NCBI GenBank assembly: GCA_020720425.1
Contig: DYOP01000001.1
Location: 33,306-97,305, forward strand
DNA: 64,000 bases
Source of the DNA: Bdellovibrio sp.
GTDB taxonomy: Bacteria; Bdellovibrionota; Bdellovibrionia; Bdellovibrionales; Bdellovibrionaceae
Direction of reading: 5' to 3'
Shown: piece after piece, positions 52,479 through 62,368 of the stretch
How the letters are laid out: every line of letters starts with the position of its first letter
Position numbering within the stretch: the first letter of the stretch is position 1
Translations under genes and position numbers: made by a program
The notes under the pieces: model-generated
Databases searched by the model: none
Told to the model about the DNA's origin: nothing
Seen by the model: only the letters and a program-made list of their open reading frames with translations

Positions 52479-54125
52479 ATGAACAAAGCCGATCTTATTC
52501 AGAGTCTTTATAGACAAATCACATTTGTAATTTCCGAAACCAATGGGCTTTCTATGGGGGACACCCTAGAATTATTAATTCACGACGAAAAGGCTTGGCA
52601 AAACAGACAGGTGCTTGAGTCAATAATCGATTTTAAAAGTTTAATTGATCGATTTTCGTTAAACAAAGCGACTATACACGAAATTTTAACACATCCCGTG
52701 TCGTTGGCTTTTGAGCAGTATTTTAAAAGTTTTCCAATTAAGTATCATGAAGAGCATATTCACCTAACCGGCTCACTTAAGGCCGATTTTATTTATCCGC
52801 GAATTAAAAAATTATGCGAAGGCCCAAAGGGTGAAATTTATCAAAAAAAAATTGCTGAGGTTTATGGCCCACAGGCTTGGCCCATTACAAGCGAACAAGA
52901 TGTAGACAATCTGATTCGTTTAAAAGAAAATCAGGGTTTTAAAGAATATTTAAAAATTCTGTATTTAGCGAAACTTATTTTAGTTGATCGCCAGGCCCAC
53001 AAAGATAGCGCCTATCATTTAGCCAAAAGTCTTTATTTTGAACAAAATGTAGGTTCGATCAGGCTAAAATTTTCGATTTCACGTTCGGCAGGTAACAGTA
53101 CGGGTGAACAAATTCCGGGGGCGGATGATGTTGAAACTGAGGATATTGTTTTAGGTTTATACGAAGGCTTTAAAAAGTTTCAAGATGAAAATCCTGATTT
53201 TGATTTTATATTATCACCGAGCTTTCGAAAAGAAGCCGATTTTTTTGATTCTAAAAAATTTAAAACCCGGCAAGAGCACTTTGAATCGCTTGTAGATAAA
53301 ATAGTGGATCTTGTAAGTGACCACCCATTTTTAAAAAAACATTTGGTAGAAGTTGATACGGTTGGCAACGAAACGGGTTTGTATCGTAAAGAACATTTTT
53401 ACGAGTTTACAAGAGGGCTTAGAAAGCTGCAGTACCGAGGATTTAAGATAAGATCCCATCACGGTGAAACTTTTTTAACTCTTAAAAAAGGAATTCAATC
53501 GGTGGATAATGCCATGAATATTTGGCACATTGACACTCTTGAGCACGGGCTCGCTTTAGGGATAAATCCAAATTACTATTTTCATAGACTCTATCAAAGG
53601 GTTATTCAAAAAAATCAGCAAGGCCAGGCCCTATTATCAGAGGATAAAGACTATCAGGAAGTGGTTGAGTTAGATTGGAGAGCCGAAAATAAATCAGTTT
53701 TTGAAAAAGTTATTAAAGGCTTAGCCCTAAACGAAAATGAAAAAACGATTTTTTTAAAAACAAAATTTCATACGGCCCGCGAGGTCGAGCACTATCAGCA
53801 TGATGTACTCAATCGTATGATTCAAAAAGGTGTAAGCCTAATTGGACTACCGTCAAGTAACAACAAATTAACAGGACAGGTGGACGATTATAAAGATCAC
53901 CCCTTTTCGTGGTGGGAAAAAAAGGGAGTAACGCTAGGGCTGGGTACCGACAATTATGTTACCCTAAATACATCTTACATTCAGGAAATGTTGATTGTGC
54001 TTTATAGCGATCACCTAGATTTAAAAATCACTAAACTTTTGATGGTAACAACTAAAGAAAGCCGAAGGCCCTACATGAGCCAACTTTTATGGCAAATGCG
54101 CAAAAATTGTCTTGGTGAAAAATGA
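52479..54125 (+). CDS. adenosine/AMP-deaminase-superfamily metallohydrolase (long form)
   Basis: 548 aa. HIHLTGSL (HxH), SHHGETF (HAGE-like), LEHGLAL, GLGTDNYV (TDDP-like). Much longer than the canonical ~340-aa Add. Confidence 0.65.
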   Translation: MNKADLIQSLYRQITFVISETNGLSMGDTLELLIHDEKAWQNRQVLESIIDFKSLIDRFSLNKATIHEILTHPVSLAFEQYFKSFPIKYHEEHIHLTGSLKADFIYPRIKKLCEGPKGEIYQKKIAEVYGPQAWPITSEQDVDNLIRLKENQGFKEYLKILYLAKLILVDRQAHKDSAYHLAKSLYFEQNVGSIRLKFSISRSAGNSTGEQIPGADDVETEDIVLGLYEGFKKFQDENPDFDFILSPSFRKEADFFDSKKFKTRQEHFESLVDKIVDLVSDHPFLKKHLVEVDTVGNETGLYRKEHFYEFTRGLRKLQYRGFKIRSHHGETFLTLKKGIQSVDNAMNIWHIDTLEHGLALGINPNYYFHRLYQRVIQKNQQGQALLSEDKDYQEVVELDWRAENKSVFEKVIKGLALNENEKTIFLKTKFHTAREVEHYQHDVLNRMIQKGVSLIGLPSSNNKLTGQVDDYKDHPFSWWEKKGVTLGLGTDNYVTLNTSYIQEMLIVLYSDHLDLKITKLLMVTTKESRRPYMSQLLWQMRKNCLGEK

Positions 54126-55339
54126 ATCCAAAAGTTTTAAAACAAAGTCTGATTATTTTTATATTAGGCTTATCATCGGGCCTTCCGTTATCGCTAACGG
54201 GGGGAACCCTTCAGGCTTGGCTTAAAAGCTCAAATATTGATTTAGGCACAATAGGCTTGTTTGCATTAGTCGGGCTCCCCTATACTTGGAAGTTTTTATG
54301 GTCACCTATTATTGATCGTTATTCGGTTGTAAAAGTGGGGCGACGTAAATTTTGGATGCTTATTTCGCAAGTATTATTGGTTTGTCTTTTAATGGGGATG
54401 AGTTTTTTAAACCCCGAAAATCAGATGGTTCTCATTTCGGTCGCTGCTTTTTTGATATCATTTGCTTCGGCCACTCAGGATATTGTTTTAGATGCCTGGA
54501 GAAGAGAGCAACTTGAACCTAAAACCTATGCCTGGGCTAATGGGCTGCATGTAGCGGGTTACCTATTTTCAATGAGAGTGCTTTCGGGAGCCTTAGCTTT
54601 GATTTTATCAGATTTTATATCTTGGCAGCAGGTTTATCAAATTATGGCGATTATACAAGGATTCGGATTGATCGGGGCTTTAAGCGTTAAAGAGCAATCA
54701 AGCCAGGCCCTGATTCCGGCAACTCTCCAGCAGGCCTTTTGGGGGCCGCTTAAAGATTTTTTTAGCAAACAAAAGGCAGGGATTATTTTAGCATTTATAT
54801 TTTTATACAAAGTGGGAGATAATATGGCGGCTCACATGAGTATGCCATTTTATCTTGAAATGGGTTACTCGCGAACCGAGGTCGGAGCCGTTATAAAAAT
54901 ACTGGGTTGGGTTGGAGTGGCTCTTGGAAGTTTGCTGGGAGGGCTTGCGATGCAAAAACTAAAAATGAAAACAGCCCTGGTCGGATTTGGAGCTCTGCAA
55001 ATGCTTTCAACGGCGGGATTTGTTGTATTAGCCTTGGTATCAAAAGATTTAATTTTATTGTCTACCGTTATTGGGTTCGAAAATTTCTCTTCGGGCGTGG
55101 GAACGGCAGCTTTTGTTACTTTTATTGGCCTTATGACAAGTAAAAAGTTTACAGCCACGCAATACGCTTTACTATCAAGCGTAATGGGCATTCCGCGCAT
55201 ATTGATATCGGCACCCACCGGCTACTTGGCTCAGGGCGTGGGCTGGCCCCTATTTTTTGTGGTTTGTACCCTTGTGGCGATTCCGGGAATGTTACTTGTT
55301 TTTAAATTGCCGTCGATAAATCAAGATGAGATGGATTAA
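54122..55339 (+). CDS. ampG: AmpG-family MFS permease (anhydromuropeptide-type transporter)
   Basis: 405 aa with about 12 TM segments. Hallmark GLPYTWKFLWSPIIDR. The start overlaps the upstream stop by 4 nt. Confidence 0.85.
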   Translation: MNPKVLKQSLIIFILGLSSGLPLSLTGGTLQAWLKSSNIDLGTIGLFALVGLPYTWKFLWSPIIDRYSVVKVGRRKFWMLISQVLLVCLLMGMSFLNPENQMVLISVAAFLISFASATQDIVLDAWRREQLEPKTYAWANGLHVAGYLFSMRVLSGALALILSDFISWQQVYQIMAIIQGFGLIGALSVKEQSSQALIPATLQQAFWGPLKDFFSKQKAGIILAFIFLYKVGDNMAAHMSMPFYLEMGYSRTEVGAVIKILGWVGVALGSLLGGLAMQKLKMKTALVGFGALQMLSTAGFVVLALVSKDLILLSTVIGFENFSSGVGTAAFVTFIGLMTSKKFTATQYALLSSVMGIPRILISAPTGYLAQGVGWPLFFVVCTLVAIPGMLLVFKLPSINQDEMD

Positions 55340-55754
55340 TAATTTAAGTCATACAAGTTTTATATGGCTACTTTTGTTAGGGCAGCAAAGTTTGATATTT
55401 AGCCCCTCCTCCTGCTGGGGAGCGAGAGAATATTTAACGGTTCAAGATCAAGAAGCAGCCATCCGCCAACAGAGAATAGATGATCTTGTTGCTGCCTGCA
55501 TTCAAGGCAAAAAAAAAGATGAAATATGTAAAGCCATAATAGAATTTAAACAAATCGGGGATGATTCGATTGAGGCAATCAAGTCACTTTACCCTATGGG
55601 GCCATTTGAATATTTTGTTTTAACAGTTATAAACTTCGCACAGTCAGGCAGGCTTAGAATTCAACCTGAACCCATGATTCACGCGAAAGTCAGAAATATT
55701 ATAGAATATAGAACCCAAGGAGAAATTAAATTATTAATTTCATTTGAATTTTAA
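55326..55754 (+). CDS. hypothetical secreted protein
   Basis: 142 aa. Hydrophobic N-terminus. Overlaps the ampG end by 14 nt. No family recognised. Confidence 0.4.
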   Translation: MRWINNLSHTSFIWLLLLGQQSLIFSPSSCWGAREYLTVQDQEAAIRQQRIDDLVAACIQGKKKDEICKAIIEFKQIGDDSIEAIKSLYPMGPFEYFVLTVINFAQSGRLRIQPEPMIHAKVRNIIEYRTQGEIKLLISFEF

Positions 55755-55842
55755 GATTAACACAAAAAAAGGACAATTATAAAATTTTGCCACTCAAGCT
55801 CTCGACTCCCCAACAAAAAACTTGGGGGAGATCACAGCTGCT

Positions 55843-56592
55843 TTATTTTTTTATACAATAGCTATGTTTTTTGGTTATTTTAGAAATGGGTTCAATTTTT
55901 TGATAGGCCCCATTTTTTTTTAAAACGGCCCAATACACATTGTTAGATAAGACAATGGCATTATATTTTTTTATCTGGCGAGCTAATATTTTAAGACCGC
56001 ACTCTAAATTATTTTCTGGTAAAAAAATAGTTTTTTTGGGATCAGTTGGGGAAAGATTTTTATCTTTGCTCCAGTCAAAATTACAGTCGGCTGCCCAAAG
56101 TGTGTCCTGATAAGAAAGCTGCAAAAGCCCTTCGCTATAAACGGTTTTATTGGTAACAGGGTCAATGCCCATATCTTCTTTAAAGCGAGTGGTGGGCTTC
56201 CAACTGCTTTCATAATAGCTAACGGCAGAGACTAATTGAGCCCAAAAATTAACCTTCTGGTAATCGTTTAAGTTATTATAGTTGGGACAAAAATAATTTG
56301 CATCTGTGGCCAAATCTAAAGAGTCTAGGTTTTCAAAAACCAGATCATAAAGCAAATAGGACCACTCGGTTCGCTCCGGAAACTGAGACGACTCCCAAGC
56401 CAGGGGGGCCATTGTTTTAAAAGGATCAGGGAGGGCGGGGTCAGAGTTGCCACCCCCGCTTGGGCCATCATCACCTTGGCTGCCTTGGCCGGACTGAGCA
56501 GAGTCTTGTAATGTCGAGGCATCTTGTGAGCTAAAATTTTGGCAAGAAGGCAAAATTAATATTAAAGTTAAGATATAAAATATTAAACGCAT
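55843..56592 (-). CDS. lipoprotein with lytic-transglycosylase (SLT)-like catalytic motifs
   Basis: 249 aa. Lipobox ILPSC. Gly/Ser/Asp-rich linker. YYESSW (catalytic Glu-Ser) and SEGLLQLSY (GLMQ-like). Confidence 0.6.
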   Translation of the reverse strand: MRLIFYILTLILILPSCQNFSSQDASTLQDSAQSGQGSQGDDGPSGGGNSDPALPDPFKTMAPLAWESSQFPERTEWSYLLYDLVFENLDSLDLATDANYFCPNYNNLNDYQKVNFWAQLVSAVSYYESSWKPTTRFKEDMGIDPVTNKTVYSEGLLQLSYQDTLWAADCNFDWSKDKNLSPTDPKKTIFLPENNLECGLKILARQIKKYNAIVLSNNVYWAVLKKNGAYQKIEPISKITKKHSYCIKK

Positions 56593-56763
56593 ATAGTCCT
56601 TTCGGAATTTAAAAATTAACTTATCTCAATTGTGCCATGAAATAAAAAAATTGGACATAGGTCAGAAAAAAATAAAGATTAAAGTCGAGATTTATAATTT
56701 AAAAAACTGAAATAAAATGAGTAAGCTTTTGACAATGAAGGGCTTATAGTCAAAAGTAACAGC

Positions 56764-57855
56764 ATGGATACGGTAACAGGCAGTCTTTTTGTTTATCGAA
56801 TATTTGATGCGGGTCCTGATTTTAATTTGGCTCATATTGAGAAAAATTTAAGATCAAATAATAACGATCCTCAGAGGTTAGATTTAAATCACGTGCGTGC
56901 CTCGATTTACGTATCTGAATTGCCCCTTGAAATATCCATGGGGCAAACTCAAATCGAGTTACCCACGATAGGGCTAATTACGTTTAATGCAAAAGTAAAA
57001 TTATGGCCCTTTGGCGCGATTTCTGTGGTTCTTGAAAACCAACTCAGCCAAACTCCATGGGAAAAGTTAAATGATATTGCATACGAAATTGAAAGATCAC
57101 AAAAGGTTACCGATTTAACCTGGCAAATTGGTGTCAGCTCACTATCTAAAATTGGTGAAAAGCGTGATATTGATAAATCACTCTACGAAGACTACACAAT
57201 ATTTTTAGTAAAAGAGTATTCTAACAGCACGGCAAATGCCTTAGATATTTTAAACCTTTATAATATGACTTGTTTATTAATGGCCGAAAACAAGGCCTCA
57301 AAATTGAGCCAGCAAGTTACAAAGGCCACGACCGAACAGTATATTCAGTATCATCAAAACGATTTGGTAATTATTAATTGGAATAGCGCCCTTGTTGTTG
57401 ATCCCTCAGGCGCTGCTGATGCCTTGGATATGATTGAGTTTGCCTTGTGCCAAGTATTAGAGATGCAGTATTTTGACCACAAATTAGATCTAAAATTAAG
57501 CTATCTCTATGATCGAATGAGTAACGATAAGCTCTCGCTTTGGCGAAACGACCTTGAGCGTTTGTCAAAAGAGGCCGCTCAGTATTATATTGAAATTAGT
57601 GATACGGTCGAAAGCGTTGAGAACTCGATTAAAGCCGTCGGAGATTTTTACTTAGCTCAAGTTTTACGGATGGCCTCCTTGCGGTTTAGATTTAAAGATT
57701 GGCAAACAAGTCTGGATCAGAAATTGTCAAATTTAGCCGACATCAGCCGACTCCTTAATTCGAATCTTAATGAAAGGCGAAACCAGATACTCGAATTGAT
57801 AATTATTTTACTGATTGCGGTTGAAATGTTACCTATGTTAGTTAAGTTAATATAA
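56764..57855 (+). CDS. hypothetical protein, DUF155/RMD1-like, with a C-terminal TM helix
   Basis: 363 aa. The C-terminal pattern (RFRFKDWQTSLDQKLSNLADISRLL...RRNQILELIIILLIAVEML) resembles my memory of DUF155. Weak call. Confidence 0.4.
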   Translation: MDTVTGSLFVYRIFDAGPDFNLAHIEKNLRSNNNDPQRLDLNHVRASIYVSELPLEISMGQTQIELPTIGLITFNAKVKLWPFGAISVVLENQLSQTPWEKLNDIAYEIERSQKVTDLTWQIGVSSLSKIGEKRDIDKSLYEDYTIFLVKEYSNSTANALDILNLYNMTCLLMAENKASKLSQQVTKATTEQYIQYHQNDLVIINWNSALVVDPSGAADALDMIEFALCQVLEMQYFDHKLDLKLSYLYDRMSNDKLSLWRNDLERLSKEAAQYYIEISDTVESVENSIKAVGDFYLAQVLRMASLRFRFKDWQTSLDQKLSNLADISRLLNSNLNERRNQILELIIILLIAVEMLPMLVKLI

Positions 57856-57948
57856 AAATTTAGATTCGCCCTAGCCTGTTTCAATTTAAAAATTTTTGAG
57901 AAACAATTTATTGAAATGATTTAGAGAAAACATTTAGAGAAAACATTT

Positions 57949-58785
57949 ATGAAAAATTTATTGCTCGTGATAGTTGTTGTTTTAGCCGTTCTGAGCGGCG
58001 TTTGGTCCCTTTTTTATTTGTGGGGCCAATCGCGACCTGTTTATAAATATCAAACCGAATCAATACCGGTTTCTAAAATTTATTTAGATATCGCTCAAAT
58101 ATCTGAGCAATATCCCATTTCTCTTGAATATGGAATTTATATAGAAGTTACTTTGGACGAAAATAATATTTTGTATTGCGGCCCTCATCCCTGCGAAAGG
58201 GTCATGACCCTACTAGGTGGTCAGAGGCAGATTGATTTATTGAATCAAGACAGTCACCTCAATCAAAAGAGTCGTTCCAATACGGCCAATCAAGTCAGCT
58301 CTGAAAATCAACTTAATCAAGCGAGCCAGGGGCGAAAGTTACTTATTAAGGTTGTTGAAAATAAAATAAATATTGACCTGGCGGTGAAAAACTTTTTTGA
58401 AAAACTAAATCCAGATGAGATAACACTGGCCAGTGATTTTTCAGGCGTCATTAAATCGTTAAGGCCCAGCTTTCCGAAATGGTCATTTGGGGCTAGCATA
58501 AATGAAAGATCAAAATTTATTTTTCTTGGCCAGATGGGCTTGGCAAGTATTTTAGATTCTTCTTTTGATATTTGGCTTGAGCAAGACAGGGATAAAAAAT
58601 CACACCTTAAATTTGTACATACGCCTATATCAGAAGATCTAATTGTTGAGTTAAAAAAAAGATCTAAACGCATAATCAAAGACTGTCGACAAATCGAATT
58701 AACCAAAGATCTTGTCCAAAGGCTAGGGCGCGATGCAATTATTATTGAAAAATCTCAGGCCTTAGGGCTTAATTTGAAGTTATGA
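57949..58785 (+). CDS. hypothetical membrane-anchored protein translationally coupled to tolQ
   Basis: 278 aa. N-terminal TM, Q/N/S-rich linker. The stop overlaps the tolQ ATG (ATGA). Occupies the slot usually held by ybgC. Confidence 0.5.
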   Translation: MKNLLLVIVVVLAVLSGVWSLFYLWGQSRPVYKYQTESIPVSKIYLDIAQISEQYPISLEYGIYIEVTLDENNILYCGPHPCERVMTLLGGQRQIDLLNQDSHLNQKSRSNTANQVSSENQLNQASQGRKLLIKVVENKINIDLAVKNFFEKLNPDEITLASDFSGVIKSLRPSFPKWSFGASINERSKFIFLGQMGLASILDSSFDIWLEQDRDKKSHLKFVHTPISEDLIVELKKRSKRIIKDCRQIELTKDLVQRLGRDAIIIEKSQALGLNLKL

Positions 58786-59477
58786 AAAACGTAGTTGTCG
58801 ATACAAGTATTTGGAGTTCAATTTTAGAGGCCAGCATCTTAGTCCAGTTAACCCTATTGTTTTTAGTTCTACTGTCCATTGCCTCTTGGGCTGTCATCTT
58901 GTCAAAATATTATCAATTTAAAGTTTTGGCAGAAGCTAATTCTCGATTTTTATCTCGCTATCAAAAGGCAAAATCAATTAAACAAATTGAAGAAGATGCG
59001 GAAGACTTATCAGATCGATCAAGTTTAGCACGGCTTTTTTTGACAAGCCTAAATGCTCTTGATAATTTGCGAACTCTTAACTCAGAAGCGCAGACAAAAC
59101 TAGATAAACAAGAAGCCAAAGAAATTTTAGAGCGAGAACTTGGGGCGGGTTTACAAAAAGAGATTATGGCTCTTGAATCAAGGCTTACCCTTTTGGCAAC
59201 AGCGGGTTCAACGGGCCCATTTATTGGCTTATTCGGAACGGTGTGGGGGATTATGAATTCTTTCCAAAAAATTGGAGCCATGGGGAGCGCAAGCCTAGCG
59301 GTGGTGGCCCCCGGAATTTCAGAAGCCTTGGTGGCCACAGCGGTTGGTCTGTTTGCGGCCATACCAGCATCTATGTTTTATAATCAATTTATTTCAAAAA
59401 TCAGAAAAGAAGAAATCGAGCTAAACGCTTTTGCTGGAGAGCTTATAACAGTTATGCCTCGCTCTTTAGGGGAGTAA
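58782..59477 (+). CDS. tolQ: Tol-Pal system protein TolQ (MotA/ExbB family)
   Basis: 231 aa with 3 TM segments. GPFIGLFGTVWGIMNSF, PGISEALVATAVGL. Confidence 0.9.
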   Translation: MKNVVVDTSIWSSILEASILVQLTLLFLVLLSIASWAVILSKYYQFKVLAEANSRFLSRYQKAKSIKQIEEDAEDLSDRSSLARLFLTSLNALDNLRTLNSEAQTKLDKQEAKEILERELGAGLQKEIMALESRLTLLATAGSTGPFIGLFGTVWGIMNSFQKIGAMGSASLAVVAPGISEALVATAVGLFAAIPASMFYNQFISKIRKEEIELNAFAGELITVMPRSLGE

Positions 59478-59480
59478 CCT

Positions 59481-59906
59481 ATGGGAATGGGACAAATAAA
59501 AGGAAGTGGCGGTAGCCGAATGGTTTTATCTGAAATCAATGTGACTCCTTTGGTTGATGTTATGTTGGTTTTGCTAATTATGTTTATGGTTACAGCTCCC
59601 TTATTGCAACAGGGGTTAGAGGTCGAAGTCCCGCAAACCAAAGGGGCTGGAATGGATTTAAAGCAGGACCCTTTGCGAATTATTATTGGTAAAGATAAAT
59701 CAATTAAAATTGCAAAATCATCGATTAAAATGACAAACCTCAGGGGAAAGCTAAAATCTATTTTATCAGAAAGAAAAGATAAACAAGTTTTTATTGAGGC
59801 CGACCAATCCGTTGATTATGGATTTGTGGCGCAGATTATGACCGAGGTTAAGCAGGCCGGAGCAACAGGTTTAGGTCTTATTACACAGCCTGCAATGGTT
59901 GAGTAA
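59481..59906 (+). CDS. tolR: Tol-Pal system protein TolR (ExbD family)
   Basis: 141 aa. INVTPLVDVMLVLLIMFMV. Confidence 0.9.
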   Translation: MGMGQIKGSGGSRMVLSEINVTPLVDVMLVLLIMFMVTAPLLQQGLEVEVPQTKGAGMDLKQDPLRIIIGKDKSIKIAKSSIKMTNLRGKLKSILSERKDKQVFIEADQSVDYGFVAQIMTEVKQAGATGLGLITQPAMVE

Positions 59907-60699
59907 TGCCATGGTAAATTTAAAAGATAGCATTAAGCAGGATTCGTTTAATCGTTTTTTAATGCTGTCTTTTATGGCTCATTTGACTTTTGTTGCCCTA
60001 TTTTTTTTAAATAATATATTTAATGGCTCGCAAAACACAATTGTTTATGAAAGAGCAATTCGAGTTGATTTAGTGGGGCTACCCGAAAAAAATGAAGCCA
60101 TCCAAGCGAGCCTGCCTAAGGGTGATCAAAATTTTGAAGATGACAACAAAGACCTCAAGTTGCCCCCTCCTGAAAAAAAAGTTGAAAGTAAAAGCGATAA
60201 AAAAACAGAAGCTAAAAATGACAGTCGTGCGGAAGCTGATAAATCTAATATTAAAAACACTCAAAAATTAGGAATTGAAAAACTTAAGCAGCTCTCTGCT
60301 ATTGAAAAGCTTCAAAATGAAATGGCAAAACAGTCAAAGGCTTCCCCATCAAGCGGCCAATCAAAAATTGTAGGTAATAAAGTTGCTAGCGGTCATAGTT
60401 TAACAGGTGTCGATAAGCTCGAAGCCGAAGATTATATTGCCTCGGTCGAAGAGCATGTAAAAAGTTTTTGGCGCTTGCCTCAGTATTTATCAAATAAAAA
60501 ATTAAAAGCAAAGGTTGCTGTTAAATGGAATGCTCAGGGTAACCTGATACAGGCCAATATTTACGAATCGAGCGGCCAGCAAGACTTTGATCAGATTGCG
60601 CTTGATACAATTAAAGCGGCCTCGCCATTGCCTGTGCCTCCCGAAAAGTTTATTGATTTAACTAAAAACGTAGGAATTCTTTTTGGATTTCCCGATTAA
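59899..60699 (+). CDS. tolA: TolA-like protein (TonB_C-type C-terminal domain)
   Basis: 266 aa. N-terminal TM, Lys/Glu-rich central region, C-terminal domain. Position between tolR and tolB. Confidence 0.75.
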   Translation: MSNAMVNLKDSIKQDSFNRFLMLSFMAHLTFVALFFLNNIFNGSQNTIVYERAIRVDLVGLPEKNEAIQASLPKGDQNFEDDNKDLKLPPPEKKVESKSDKKTEAKNDSRAEADKSNIKNTQKLGIEKLKQLSAIEKLQNEMAKQSKASPSSGQSKIVGNKVASGHSLTGVDKLEAEDYIASVEEHVKSFWRLPQYLSNKKLKAKVAVKWNAQGNLIQANIYESSGQQDFDQIALDTIKAASPLPVPPEKFIDLTKNVGILFGFPD

Positions 60700-60712
60700 G
60701 GAGATTTGTTAT

Positions 60713-62107
60713 ATGAAAAATGCAATCCGTGTTGTTTTTATAGTGTTTATTATTTTATTTGAAAATGTGTCTATGGCCGAAGAACAAGTATTAATTAAGC
60801 TAGGTGAAGCTCGAATTGAAAAAAGCAAGATTGCTATCCCCGAGCTTCAATTTTTAGGCAATAAGAGTAAAAACAAAAACTATGGATCTTTAGAAGCGCA
60901 AATTCGAAGCGTGATTAAAAATGATTTAAATGTCATCGGCTATTTTAAAACCCAATCAGAAGAGTCTTTTTTAGAGATTCAATCAGATCTTGGCTTAAAG
61001 CCTTTTCCCGGAGATCCCAAGGGTTTTAAGTGGGAAAACTGGAAGCAGATAGGGGCTGATTTTTTAATTCGCGTAGGATTTAATATAATTGGCGATCAAC
61101 TTATTTTAGAGGCCTATGGATACCAAGTTACTAAAAGCCAAGTTGTTATAAGTAAACGCTATCAAGGGGGCTTTAAAGACCTCAGAAAAATAGCACATAC
61201 TTTTTGTGATGATTTTGTTAGGGCTGTTACCGGAAAAGACACCTTCTTTTTATCTCAAATTGTTGTAACTAGCGGGGCCAGCAAAAACAGCGAAAGAGAA
61301 GTATACATAATGGACTGGGATGGTGAAAACAAACAACGAATAACCCATCATAGAACATTAACCCTGTCTCCGGCTTGGTCCTTTGACGGAAAAAAATTAG
61401 CTTACACAGCATTTATGCAGCGAAAAACAACAAAAAGCAGAAATGCTGATCTGTTTTTGTATGACTTTGAAACTAATAAATCAAAAATAATTAGCTACCG
61501 AAAAGGAATTAATTCGGGGGCCAGTTTTGACCCCTCAGGAAATTCATTAGTTTTAACCCTCTCAGGAGATGGTAACCCCGATATTTACCGAACAAGTTTA
61601 AGCGGAGAAATTATGGCTCGCTTAACAAAAGGCCCCTTAGGAGCCATGAATGTTGAGCCCTCAGTAAGCCCTGATGGGTCAAAAATTGCTTACTCATCGG
61701 ATCGCGCGGGTCGCCCTATGGTTTTTATCATGAATGCAGATGGAGATAGCTCATCAGTTCCTAAGCGTATCACTTTTGCGGGCAGCTTTAATGCGGCTCC
61801 CTCATGGTCTCCTGATGGTAAGTTACTTGCGTTTTCTGGATGGGCCAGTAAAAATTTTGATATATTTACTGTTACCCCCGAGGGGGGAGAGTTAAAACGA
61901 ATTACAAAAGCCTTTAGATCAAATGGAAAGCCTGCAAACCACGAAAACCCTTCGGTTTCGCCCGATGGTCACATGATCGTTTATACAAGCAATCGAACCG
62001 GAAATCAGCAGCTCTACATATCAACCCTTGACGGTCAAAGTGAGTGGAGAATTACCCAAGACAACTTGTATTACTTTCAGCCCAAATGGTCGCCCCTTAA
62101 AAAATAA
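60713..62107 (+). CDS. tolB: Tol-Pal system beta-propeller protein TolB
   Basis: Repeated SPDG/WSPDGK blades and a TolB N-domain. ATG at 60713 follows AAGGAG; the track ORF begins at 60683. Confidence 0.92.
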   Translation: MKNAIRVVFIVFIILFENVSMAEEQVLIKLGEARIEKSKIAIPELQFLGNKSKNKNYGSLEAQIRSVIKNDLNVIGYFKTQSEESFLEIQSDLGLKPFPGDPKGFKWENWKQIGADFLIRVGFNIIGDQLILEAYGYQVTKSQVVISKRYQGGFKDLRKIAHTFCDDFVRAVTGKDTFFLSQIVVTSGASKNSEREVYIMDWDGENKQRITHHRTLTLSPAWSFDGKKLAYTAFMQRKTTKSRNADLFLYDFETNKSKIISYRKGINSGASFDPSGNSLVLTLSGDGNPDIYRTSLSGEIMARLTKGPLGAMNVEPSVSPDGSKIAYSSDRAGRPMVFIMNADGDSSSVPKRITFAGSFNAAPSWSPDGKLLAFSGWASKNFDIFTVTPEGGELKRITKAFRSNGKPANHENPSVSPDGHMIVYTSNRTGNQQLYISTLDGQSEWRITQDNLYYFQPKWSPLKK

Positions 62108-62368
62108 CAAAAACATTGCTTAATGCGCATAAGACCACGATATAAATGAGTTTTCATTATACAAAATGAGCTCATGCGAGGCCCCTTGACAAAAGTCTAA
62201 CCTTTTCTTAACTGTAGACCTATGAAATATTTAGCACGAAAAAACTCGACCCCTACAAAAGCCATTTGGGTTTACCTACTCGCTTTACTTATATTTTTAG
62301 TGGGTAACCAAGGCCGCGGCGGAGCTTTAGAAAATAAAAAAAAGAACTTTTCATCAGGAGAAAAAAAA

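Noticed and set aside
58961-59362. 133-aa ORF antisense to tolQ. Similar antisense ORFs lie at 58317-58706, 59384-59641, 54865-55218, 50138-50461, 29714-29965 and 5903-6214.
   Set aside because: Each lies wholly inside a gene whose opposite-strand product has clear family motifs. Their translations are low-complexity or Ser/Pro/Arg-rich, with no recognisable motifs. This is the expected by-product of AT-rich coding sequence.
62222-62368. N-terminal 49-aa extension of the cyclophilin ORF.
   Set aside because: There is no RBS before 62222, while AGGAG precedes 62369 and [12 protein letters not shown] matches the usual cyclophilin N-terminus. A signal-anchored periplasmic form cannot be excluded.
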